This document shows, in pieces, positions 52,033-63,144 of a stretch of DNA of 64,000 nt (the first letter of the stretch is position 1; each line of letters opens with the position of its first letter). The notes beneath the pieces are model-generated. The model was not told the origin of the DNA and did not search any database. It saw only the letters and a program-made list of their open reading frames with translations. The stretch is from the NCBI GenBank assembly GCA_950097015.1, contig CATNEN010000033.1:1922001-1986000 (forward strand). The letters run 5' to 3'. The stretch comes from Macrostomum hystrix. Lineage: Eukaryota > Animalia > Platyhelminthes. The translations under genes and the position numbers were made by a program.

Positions 52033-52270
52033 ACCAAGTCGTTCACGCACCAATTAGACAACAATTGGCTGGAAATTATTCTCAATGGACGCTAATTGGC
52101 TGGAAATTAACAAACTGGCGTACATTGACTTATTCTCACTCGATGCTAATTGGCTGGAAATTAACAAACTGGCGTACATTGACTTATTCTCACTCGACGC
52201 TAATTGGCTCGAAATTAACAAACTGGCTTACATTGACTTATTCTCACTCGACGCTAATTGGCTGCTAATT
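52033..52270 (+). repeat. 54-bp tandem repeat, 3-4 copies, each with TAATTGGCT
   Basis: GCTAATTGGC at 52091, 52145, 52199 and 52253. Confidence 0.9.
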
Positions 52271-52384
52271 TAATTAAGAGTGCAGTCTATATAATATTAT
52301 GCGATTGTACATCCTAAAACCAGTATTATTGGCTGCTATAAATTCCAGAATCCAGACGCACAATCCTATGTTGTGGGCTCATTG

Positions 52385-55194
52385 TCAGTAGGGTCGAACA
52401 AACTCCGGCAATCCGACAAGCCTATCCAGGACTTCCACCCGGGAGCCGGTCAGCAACTGGTAGCCGTCGCCGTCCCACCGCGGCAGCAGCACAACGAGGC
52501 CGTCGAAGCCGTGGCTGGGCACGGCGAAGCGAACTGGCCTGCCCCAGCCGAAGTCGGCCTCGTAGATGGGAAAGTGCACCCAGGATGTGAAGGCCAGATC
52601 GTTGGAGAACATGCGGAAGTCGGGCAAAACTCTTGACCGATCTGGCCTGGAGGCCAGCCACCGCAGGATGGAGCGCAGATACTCCGGCGCCGAGCCTCTG
52701 GACACCGAAGCCCGCACTCGGCGAGCCAGCGCCGCCAGGCTCAGACTGTCGACTATCTCGCCGACCGCCAGCTGTTCGGCGATGTAAAAATTGGCATTGC
52801 CGGCGAAGTCGGCTGGCAGTGACAGGCGTTGTCGAGCGTTGCAGGCCATGGCGAACTTGCTGGGGGTCTCCGCTGGGAGCTGCTTGGCCTTGGTGAAGCA
52901 GCGCCATAGCAAGGCCACCAGGCAGTCGTTTGTGGTGCATTGAACTGCGGTCTGCTGAAGGGCGGTTGCAGGACGGGGGTTTAGGGCACAGTTATTCAGA
53001 ACAATTGTCAGTGTCCTTGGAAGCGCGGGCTTGTAGCCCAGTGGTCTAGACTTCTGACCGAGAGGTCGGGAGCTCAAATCTCGGCCCAGTGGTGACAATG
53101 TGTGTCCCTGTACAAGAGACTATTATACCCTATAAGTACTTCAGGACTTGCTGGGTTAGAAATTTCGGTCAGTGTGGCGGCCTGCTTAGTCCACGGACTT
53201 TGTCCACTTCCAAAGGCTAGCCGTATGCAGATGTGCCACTGGCGGTATCTATGGCTTCTTTCTATCTACCAATATAACATTTTTTGCAGGAGGGCTGAGG
53301 GCACTGGCGCATCATTTGGTGATAATGGACCCGCAGCTAATGAGGAGGCAATTCTGCCCATTCCGCTGACTCCTGACTGCTAAGCACACACGCACACAGA
53401 TCTGTACGCAGGCATTCGCTCACACAGGTGTGTACATCTGCTCTGCTCACATCGTCAGGCAGTGCACACTCTGATGGACTCTGATGGACATCAATATCGC
53501 CTTTAGGGTGGGCCATAAAGGGCGTAAATTGTACGACAAACCACCAAGTTTTCTCTCCGCGGCTGCGCCACACATGTGGCCCCATCGCGGAATCGAGCTC
53601 AGGGACCTACCCGCCCGGCGCCGTCCGCATTGACGCCGGCCTTCAACTTGGCCAGGAAATCAGCGCTCAGGTGAAACTGTCGGGCCGCAAACTGCGGCGC
53701 CTGCGTGATGGGCAGCTTGGATTCTTGCTGATTGTCGCTAGCTGCCTTCGGAGGCTCCGGTTCCATATAGGCGTACTCCAGGCCCTGATGGTCCCAACTC
53801 GGCTCTCGCCCGTCGGAACTGAGCAGCGACCGGTCACGGGCCACAGGTGGCGGCGTCGGCGAATTTCTTTGCCGAATGCCGCGGCAGATGGCGGCCCACC
53901 GGTTGACGAAGCCGAATGCTCCGTCGCCATCGGTGACATTGTGGTGCAGGAGAACCCCAACAGCCACTGAGCCATCAGACAAACGAGTGAGCTTGACCTG
54001 TCAATTGAGTCATTCCTGTTTGTAAGTTTCACAACTGTTACGAAAGATATATATATAAAAGTTAATAATAATAATAAAACTAATTGATTACACCTGCCCC
54101 AATTGGGCCAGATGTGCAGCCGATAGAACAGCCGCAGCTATTGCGTGGCGCATCTCAAGTCTGTGTACAGCTTTTCAGTCCATGGACTGGGGGGACGCCA
54201 CACCCACTCTCAATTACCCCAGCTAATGCTGGTACCCATTTAACAGCTGGGTGAACTGAAGCAATGCAGAGTTAAGTGTCTTGCTTGTTAAATGGACACA
54301 CTGGACACAAATTGTTCCAGCGGAGTCAGGAATCGAACCCACGGCCTTCAAGTCATGAGTCCGACAAGAGTCCAACCTCTGTTGATAACACTTGTTAATC
54401 TCAGATTTTCAAGTCGTCTTTGGCAATTTGTACTTGCTCTGTTTGCCAACATGTCCCATCACCAACTTGGTCAAATCCCAACCATGTCGACATCATGAGC
54501 CCCTCGTCATTGCCACTTCCCATTTACTCTCGCCTTCGCCATTCTCCTCACTCTCGCCTTCGCCATTCTCCTCCCTCTCGCCTTCGCCATTCTCCTCACT
54601 CTCGCCTTCGCCATTCTCCTCACTCTCGCCTTCGCCATTCTCCTCACTCTCGCCTTCGCCATTCTCCTCACTCTCGCCTTCGCCATTATCCTTACTCTCG
54701 CTATCGCCATTCTCCTCTCTCTCCCCGTCGCCATCCGCAACTTCCTTCGCCACCCGAGAAGCCAGCCCCCCTCTCCGCACCTTGCAGACGAACTGGCCGC
54801 AATCGGCCGGGCTGCCGTCGAGCAGCTCAGCCGGCAGCCGCATGGGATCGAAGTCCGCCGCCTCCAAGTCGGCCAATGAGAAATCGGCGCTGGCTGTCAC
54901 GAAGCGGTAGCCGGCGTTCTCAGCCACCAGGACGCAGTCGCCAGAGTGGTTGCGCCGCAGCCGGTAGCTTAGGTCGGGAAAGTCGCTCATCGCCCGCTTC
55001 AGGCCGTCAGCCAGCAGGTCAAACGGCATGAAGTCTTCGCTGCCGTCGGCATTCTTGAACACGTAGACAGCGGTGATGTAGCAGGCTGGCATGACTGAGT
55101 CGATGGGCGAAAGCTGGATCTCCGGCGGGTCGACTGCCGACCACTTCGACAGGTCTGGGTGCACAATGTCCGCTGTCTCATCAGTGACAAGCAT
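52385..55194 (-). CDS. BAHD-family (Transferase, PF02458-type) acyl-CoA-dependent acyltransferase, 3 exons (55194-54781, 53997-53611, 52954/52951-52385), about 456 aa
   Basis: LSPIDSVMP..Y, L..GLKRAMSDFPDL, VKLTRLSDGSVAVGVLLHHNVTDG (HxxxD), FHLSADFLAKLK, TTNDCLVALLWRC, NARQRL..FAGNA, FTSW..DFGWGRP. Both introns are GT..AG, phase 0, and the spliced frame is intact. Confidence 0.9.
53330..53597 (-). mobile_element. SINE family 1, 3'-truncated diverged copy in BAHD intron 2
   Basis: GAGGAGGCAATTCTGCCCATTCCGCTGACTCC..CTCTCCGCGGCTGCGCC..GGAATCGAGC matches family 1. Confidence 0.82.
54064..54380 (-). mobile_element. SINE family 2 (CORE-like) in BAHD intron 1
   Basis: On the minus strand: GGGTTCGATTCC B box, GCAAGACACTTAACTCTGCATTGCTTCAGTTCACCCAGCTGTTAAATGGGTACC, ATT tail. 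Confidence 0.82.
54519..54720 (+). repeat. Intronic 24-bp minisatellite (CTCGCCTTCGCCATTCTCCTCACT), about 8 copies, in BAHD intron 1
   Basis: Tandem array starting about 60 bp after the exon-1 donor at 54780. Confidence 0.93.
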
Positions 55195-55473
55195 GGCAGC
55201 TGCAGTAAGTCGAATAGAAATATTCGAATAGCTGCTGATGCCTGGCGAGTCTTCCATGTGTAATTTGTAAGCAATAATTAAAGCAAAATATTTTCCTATA
55301 TTTCCTATTTATTCATATTTCCTATTTTCCTATTTTCCTATTTATAATTTATTAGTAAATAAAACGCCTTACAAAAATACTTCATAAGAAAAAATTAATT
55401 TGCAAACTGAAATTTGACAGTTTTCTGATGGTTTAAACTAGTTTAATTAATTTTTTGTTGTTAATATACAAAA

Positions 55474-57892
55474 CTAGCTTTTTTTGCCCGTTGTTTTTGG
55501 GGCAGAAATTTAAAGCAAAGCAGTAAGCAATTCACGTCTCTGTATTAACTTTATAGTGAAGGTCACCATTTATTTATTTACTGCATGAATGAAAAGTGAA
55601 GAGTTTGTTTAAGGGCGTACTGGCTCTGACAGCCAGTCAACGTCAGCATATCGAACCATCAGGTTCGGGTAAACTTTTGCCTTGAGCTCCTGCACTGACT
55701 GCACAATGGTTCCGATTGTAGCGATCGATGACTGCCCATTCTCTGTGCTAATCTCCAGCAGACCATTGCCGATTCGCAATAGATTGGCAGAGAACTCATG
55801 AGCTGTTTCGTCTCCTTGAATTGTAGCTCTCATGTTTGTTCGTAGGTGCAACTTCACAACCGATGGCCACAGGTGAGATGATTTTAGGAAAGCATTAATC
55901 TCATCAGCAGGAGTGCCTCGCGGAATCACAGGCAGCGTCTGTCTAAAGTCTCCAGACAGCAGCAGAGTGACACCACCCATCAGTTGATTGCTATTGCGCA
56001 GGTCTTTCAAAGTTAAGTTGAGTGCTTCAAATGCCAGTTTGTGGGACATGGTACACTCATCCCAGACGATAAGCTTGCAAGCCTGAAGCACTCTGGCAGT
56101 GCCTGTGTTTTTCTTGATGTTGCACAGCGGATTCTCCGCTCAAGACAGATCAAGCGGCAACTTCAGTGCTGAGTGGGCAGTGCGACCGCCTGGCAGCAAG
56201 GTGGCTGTAATTCCAGAGGAAGCTACAGCAATGGCAACGTCGCCTCGTTGCCTGACCTTTGCCAGAAGGAGGTTGATTAGAAATTTTTTTCCTGTGCCAC
56301 CTGGAGCATCAAGGAAAACCATGCCACCAACGTTGTTGTTGACTCTGCGCAATAGCTCGCGGTACGCCTCTAGCTGCTCAGGCATGAGTCGGGGCTCATT
56401 CTCCTCTATGAACTGTCCCAGCTGCTCCTGGTCATCCAGCTCTTCCAGCAGTCCCAGTCGCTGACATGCTTCATGAAAAGTTTGGCAGGTATGGCCTTCC
56501 ACCGTTCTAATGTGTCTAAATGACGTCGGACCAATCACGGTGTGTAGCAGGTAGTAGCATTCACTGTGGTTTGGGTGCACCGTGTACTCTGGCTAATGCA
56601 TCAGTCTGTCGTATTTCAGGATGGCCTGGAACTGCAGCGCCTTGAACCCGCCGCTTCCATCCTTTCGAAGAGGCGTTCCATGTGTAATAGGCAGGCACCT
56701 GGTGGTACAGCAAAGTCCTGGCAAAGGGGTCTTCAGCGCACAACTTGAAGAAAGCAGTAAGAGTAGTGTCCTGTGGCCTTTGAGCACGCTGCTGGATGTT
56801 CTCCTCCGTAAAGTATACTCTCTGACCGTTTTCCAAGTGCACACTGAGGTGCATGACAGTTGGGTGGCGTTCATGAATAGAGAATCCGAAGATTCGCCAC
56901 ATTGCCTCGTTAGAGCTGATACCTTCCGCTCTTGAAGCGATTGACTTCGTCAAATTCGTTTACTATGCCTCCAGGTCCCTCAATGTTGAACACTGCTTGG
57001 TCGCTACCCTTGTTCACGTACTTGCAAATGTACTTGATTGATTTAACAGAGTTGCAGTACTCAACGTTGATGTGTGGATTGAACACCTTGGACAGTAGCG
57101 GGCAGTAGGGAACGACCCATCTGTTGTCCAGATCGATCTCTTCATTCCCATGGCTGCATAGAATAATGCGAGTGGTAAAGCCGCCATCCTCTCGTGATCT
57201 CCGTCGATACAGCGGATAACCGTCTTGTATTTTAGCAAAGCACTGTACGCCAGCCTCTCTCTTTCTTCTATCCCAGGCTGGCTGGAGAGAAATATTGACC
57301 GGAGAGCCCTGCGCACTGGGACGCCACCGCACTCACCACACTCAGTCTCAGTGCTGCTTGGGGGCCAGTAGACAATCTAGGGGTTTGGGCTGTGTACATT
57401 CACGGCTTGAAATGCAATGTACAGTCTGGGGCTTCGGCGCCCGGGGAAGGGAGGGGGTGGCTGTATTAAAATTTGGCCCGCAGAGTGGCGGAGGGGAGTT
57501 GGGGTGGCTGTCCTCGGAAAACAAAAAGTGACTCACTTTGAGATGATGCAGCTTTGCTCTGGATTGAGTAGAGATGTTCAAAATTGACAGCATTGTTGGA
57601 AAACATGTAAAGTGTAAGTGGATCAAATTTGGAGAAAATCTGACAAAGTGGGGCGACGATATGTCGAATTGAGTGATTTTTTGACGATTTTTGAGCAGTT
57701 TTTTGCACTTTTGAGCAGGAAGGAAATGATTTTTCGGGAATTTGAGTAGCCTATTGCACTCAGCGTAGGTGGTTTTAGGTATGTGCAAAGTTTGGTGCGA
57801 TTTGGTTGAGCGGTTTCGGCGTCTATAAAGACAAAAGGTTGCACACAGACAGACAGACAGACAGACAGAGTTTTCACTTTTATATATATAGA
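55474..57892 (-). mobile_element. Helitron derivative B: both termini plus frameshifted Rep motif 3 and the N-terminal part of the PIF1-like helicase
   Basis: 5' end TCTATATATATAAAAAGTG..(TGTC)n at 57892 and 3' end ..CAACGGGC..GCTAG|T at 55474. GYPLYRRR, NRWVVPY, HINVE, SIKYICKYVNKG, EAMWRIFGF, LDAPGGTGK, GGRTAHS, IVWDE, GDFRQTLPV. Confidence 0.92.
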
Positions 57893-59644
57893 CTAGCTTT
57901 TTTGCCCGTTGTTTTTGGGGCAGAAATTTAAAGCAAAGCAGCAAGCAATTCACGTCTCTGTATTAACTTTATAGTAAAGGTCACCATTTATTTATTTACT
58001 GCATTAATGAAAAGTGAAGAGTTTGTTTAAGGGCGTTTTAAGTAAAAAAATAAGTGAAAAGTTTGTCCAAACAGCCCCCTCTTGATTACTTCTTTAGAAA
58101 CATGTCTCTTAGCCACTCCTCTATACAGTCAGTGGCAGATCCAGGAATTTTGTTTTGGGGCAGTCTGTCAGGGGAGCGCCATGAGAATCACAGAGGGGGT
58201 GCCAGCAGCCGAAAAAGGGCGCCAGGAGCCAAGAAAGGCGCCAGCGGCTGAAAAACGGGAGCCAGCGGCTGAAAAAGGGGCGCCAGCGGCCGAAAAGGGG
58301 CGCAAGTGCTGCGACTGGCGCCCCTGGTGGGGGCATCTTATTCCCATGATTAAAATTTAGGGGGGCGACTGCCCCCCCCGCCCCCCCCTAAATCTGCCTC
58401 TGTATACAGTATGCATGTGCACGCGTATACATAAGGAAAATAGCCATGGCACAACAATAACAATGTCAAAGAAACAAAATTAAACTGTTTCAGAGTTCAG
58501 AGTTAGACAGGTCAAGGTCAATTCGTGACTACTTTTCTATTAATTGCTTGCGAGTCACCTCAAGGCCTGGGGATACACCACATTCTTCGTTCTTCCCCTT
58601 GGTGCGAAAATGAATAGGCCAGCTGGAGTTCCAACACGGGAGCAGGCGACATAAAGCTGCCCATGCGAGAAGCAAGGAGTCTCCAGGTTGATGCCAGCCA
58701 CCTTCAGCGACTGTCCCTGAGCCTTGTTAATAGTCATCGCAAAGCACACTCTCACAGGGAACTGCAGTCGCTTGAACTGAAATGGCAGGTCCGTGGGGAT
58801 AATTGGAATCCGGGGAACGAACACAGACTCTCCTCTGCCAGATCCAGTCATTATCGTGGCCTCAATCACGTGTGGGAAGAGCCGCCTGACTATCAGTCTG
58901 GTGCCGTTACACAGCCTTGGCGCATTCAGGTTGCGGAGGAGCATAATTGGTGCCCCAACTTTCAGCTGCAAGTTGTGCGATGGAGTTCCAGGAGGATCTA
59001 GAGAGTTCAGAAACTCAACAGGATACTCCACAGCGGTGTCATCAGTCAACGTTGTATCAATTGACTTGTAGGTGAAAACTGCACCTGGCAACTCCTGAAG
59101 CAGTTGGTAGTTAATTTCGTTGGCGGCATCATTTCTAGGACACAGAATTGCCCTCTCTGACAGCCAGTCAACGTCAGCATATCGAACCATCAGGTTCGGG
59201 TAAACTTTTGCCTTGAGCTCCTGCACTGACTGCACAATGTTTCCGATTGTAGCGATCGATGACTGCCCATCCTCGGTGTTAATCTCCAGCAGACCATTGC
59301 CGATTCGCAATAGATTGGCAGAGAACTCATGAGCTGTTTCGTCTCCTTGAATTGTAGCTCTCATGTTTGTTCGTAGGTGCAACTTCACAACCGATGGCCA
59401 CAGGTGAGATGATTTTAGGCAAGCATTAATCTCATCAGCAGGAGTGCCACGCGGAATCACAGGCAGCGTCTGTCTAAAGTCTCCAGACAGCAGCAGAGTG
59501 ACACCGCCCATCAGTTGATCGCCAGCCTCTCTCTTTCTTCTATCCCAGGCTGGCTGGAGAGAAATATCAACCGGAGAGCCCTGCGCACTGGGACGCCACC
59601 GCACTCACCGCACTCAGTCTCAGTGCTGTTTGGGGGCCAGTAGA
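57893..59644 (-). mobile_element. Helitron derivative A: C-terminal half of the helicase and 3' terminus, 5' terminus not seen
   Basis: GDFRQTLPV, AILCPRND, LCNGTRL, FPVRVCFAMTINKAQGQSL, FSHGQLYVACSRV. Its 3' block is nearly identical to 55474-55615 and ends in CTAG at 57893. Confidence 0.92.
58130..58402. mobile_element. hAT-type MITE inserted in the Helitron A 3' UTR
   Basis: Imperfect TIRs CAGTGGCAGAT / ATCTGCCTCTG, 8-bp TSD TATACAGT (58122-58129 and 58403-58410), internal GGCGCCAGCGGCTGAAAAA-like repeats. Confidence 0.85.
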
Positions 59645-61654
59645 CCATCTAACGGCCGCCGGCTAGCCGACACTTCCACTAGTCAAAAAATACTCGGCTA
59701 GCCGGGTGATTCCACGTGGACCCACGGGGGGCTAGCCTTACTGGCGGTGGCCTTGGGGGAATTGCATTCCTAACCCACGTGCATGTAGTAAGAAACTATA
59801 TAAATAACTTATTTCCAAACATATAGGGAAGCCATTTTTACGGCGTAGTGTAGAATAACTTCGACTAAGTAGCTCAATGAGATACATGAGATACATACAT
59901 GACAAGGCCATTTTTCAAAAGAAACCAAACTAGAATCCTTGTCCCTAGAACTCAAAGAACTCGATATGGAAAACTCTTGCATAATGAATTATAGCTTTTT
60001 GGCTAGAACGGCAAGAACTATATACAAAACAGGCATATATGCATTTTAGAAATGAAATAGATGACAGATTAATAGAAAGGAGGAATGAAAAGAAAAAATG
60101 ACAAAAAGTGAAAAAGTTTTATTTCGTCAATTACAAAAATCAGTAGTGGTTGGTAATCGAGCTAGGGACCTTCCGCATGCGAGGATTCAGCGCTACTCAA
60201 CAATCTACACAGACTTGATAGAAGTGAAGGGAAAAAATGTTATTATACTGGCTGGTAGAAAGCCCAACTTAAAAGTTCTTTATCGTTCTTAATCGTTCTT
60301 TCATTCTTATTTATTCTATACCGTAACAGTTGAACCTAAAATCTGTAATTTAGAAGATACAAGAGAGAATAAGTATACAATTATAAATATAGGAATGAAT
60401 AAGTAGAAGCTAGGTATGTAAGTATGCATAATTTAAAAATTTGGCGCGTTCCGATGCACAAGATTGAGATTCTAAATAGAGGAAGAGGGACTGTGTTTCG
60501 TACATTAATAAGATAATAGTTTGGTATCTTATCTCCCTCCCGAGTTCCGGCCAACAAATGAATTAGTAATGAATTTCGATTGCTAGGGACCATTGAAAGG
60601 TTACACGATCGATCATAACCAATTGTGAATTATTTGATATTTTTTTGTTTTCTGCAATCTAAATTCGAAATTTATTCATATACATTCTGTTTTTATTAAA
60701 CGTTGCTTCATTTTGTGTTCATATGTGTTTATTTTGGTACGTCCCAATTCCTTCACGCAAACTAAACTCCCGGACGATAAAATGTTACGTAAACACGTTA
60801 AAACAAAACAAACGCTAAAAACAAAACGTAGAATTAGTAAAAAATCTCATTTTATTGCACAAAAATTAAAATTGCTTTAACAGTTTTTAGTTACAGACAA
60901 GCGCTTTATTGACTTAAAATTTAAATTTTAAATTACAGTTTTTGCGGTTGTTTTATTCCTATCCAATATTCTATCCTATTCTATTGTAGTATAACTGGGT
61001 TTGAATGCCGCGAATTTAAACAGTTTTACTACAGCAATTTAACGTCTTCAGTTTACACGCCGCGCCGCGCCTTACACTTACAATCGATTGCAGCGCGCTT
61101 TTCAAACTGGTGCGATTATATTTTAATTAGACAACGATTAAAATAATTTATAATTAATATTTGCATTATTTTCAAGGGTCATAAAAGTAGAAATTAATAA
61201 CATAATAATGTTATTTGCAATCGCTATAGTTACTGTATAGCAACAATTAAATATTTAGCGCAATTTTAAAAGAACATTTCCAGCCGCACTACACTATGCT
61301 ATCCTAAACCGATTAGGTTACTTGTGTTAATTATCTACTGATACTACTAGGCCTACTAGATAATAGATCTATTCTTAAATCTTTAATTTATTTTGAAGTC
61401 TCAGTCAAAAGCATTGCGATTTTTTTGTCGCAGCGCATTTTTATTGCAAAATAGTAAATATAAAGTTTCTAATTAATTTAGATTAAATCGTCAAATTAGC
61501 TATTTGTTAAGGTAAGTATGACCGTCAGTGCTTTCTATTCACTCATATTTTCCTTAAATATGTTGCCCGTAGTTGTATAGACAACTAATATAATTAATAA
61601 TTTTTTATTAACCATGCTTCCAGGGCCTAGCTGTGTCCCATAGGAAGTGCTTAT

Positions 61655-61760
61655 TCACATGGTCCTATGCTGATAATTTCAATTTTATCCACGTGGTCCT
61701 ATGCTGATAATTTCAATTTTATCCACGTGGTCCTATGCTTATAATTTCAATTTTATCCAT
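61655..61760 (+). repeat. 34-bp tandem repeat, about 3 copies, containing CACGTG
   Basis: ATCCACGTGGTCCTATGCTGATAATTTCAATTTT units. Confidence 0.85.
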
Positions 61761-63144
61761 ATGAATCCATGCTCAAAATTTATGCTTATCTGCTGGTGTT
61801 TTGTTTTGCAATCAGTCCTAAAAACAGACTGGCTGGCTGCCTACATCGATCACCCTCAAACTGCAGCCAATTAAACCTGCCACAGAAAATGAATTCCACT
61901 GAGCAATGTAGAGAGCCTGGCACTTGCTGTCACAGCTAAGACCTGTGATTTCCTTTGGCAAATCAAAATCCCTCTGGGCTTTAAGACAGACAGACCCATC
62001 AATTGAAAAGGCAAGAATCTCATAACTTTAGTCTCCATGTAAAACGGAACAAAAAGGGAGCCTCACAGTGATATCACCTGCACAATTCTCTCTCACTAGC
62101 TGGCCTGAAGAATCAGCAACAAAAGTTTTAGTGTTGGAGCACAATGCAATAAATCTAGGATTGCCTAGACTTTCCAGCTCACCAGACTGGAATAAACATA
62201 ATCCAACAATCATATGTACAAAAACATTCAAGACACAATAGTTTTGATGACTATAGTTGGTTGTAGTGTCTCAAACAAACTTTTCTTGTACAACACTTAA
62301 GCATGCAGATAACGCCTATGCCATATCTATCCATAGTGTGGATCATGTAGTGCAGACAAGAATTTTCCTGTGTGTATTTTCAGAAGTGGCATGCAGTGGT
62401 GTACAAATTGGTCAGTGGCCTGCATAATGCACACTACATAATTACACTGGCATGGCAATGTTGCCAATGCATTTATGCATGCAGCAAAAAACATATTCAA
62501 CTTTTTTTTAAATCTATTGTATATTAACAGTATAAATAGAGAAACAAAAATTAACATTTGTCTCCACTTGATTTGTGTTGCCTATGGATGAGTTAGCTCT
62601 ATGTAGCAATGTATGCAGTGCGCTGCACGTGGCCTACATCTTGAATGTGCATTGACTTCCAAGTTGCAGGTACTGCTTGACTGTTTTCACCTGCCTGTGA
62701 CCAGTCACTTTACAGATATTGGCATTTGAGTAACCAACATCAGAAAACTCCTTGCAGAGCTATTGCTGCGGCTGCCTCATGGAATGGTTGGAGCAGCAAA
62801 TCAAACATGTCGACACCGGTGACGCCCATCTGAAGTGGTCCCAGACCCTCTGACTTGGCCACCAGCTGGAACACGTCCATGGCGGCAAGAAGGTCGCTGC
62901 TGTTAGCGGCCTGATTATGCGAACATCCGATGGGATTCCAATTGCTCTAACAGACATTTGACATTGTTCTAAAATAAGAAAATGCAATGAAATTTACAGA
63001 ATTTTATCATGTAGTCTAAAAATTTACTGCAACATGCTAACAAAATATGTGTTAAATTATATTCACCTCATTGAAATTGGAAGGAAATCCATGGAAGTAA
63101 AGACGAAAATTTTCAAAGTCGTTTCTGAAATATTTGTTTTTATA

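Noticed and set aside
54493-54780. Acidic GEGESEEN repeat as part of the BAHD protein
   Set aside because: It follows a GT donor at 54780, and splicing to 53997 restores the BAHD fold, so the repeat is intronic.
52385-55194. BAHD gene as microbial or plant contamination
   Set aside because: Its introns contain the same two SINE families found elsewhere in the window, among animal genes. A chimeric assembly remains formally testable with long reads.
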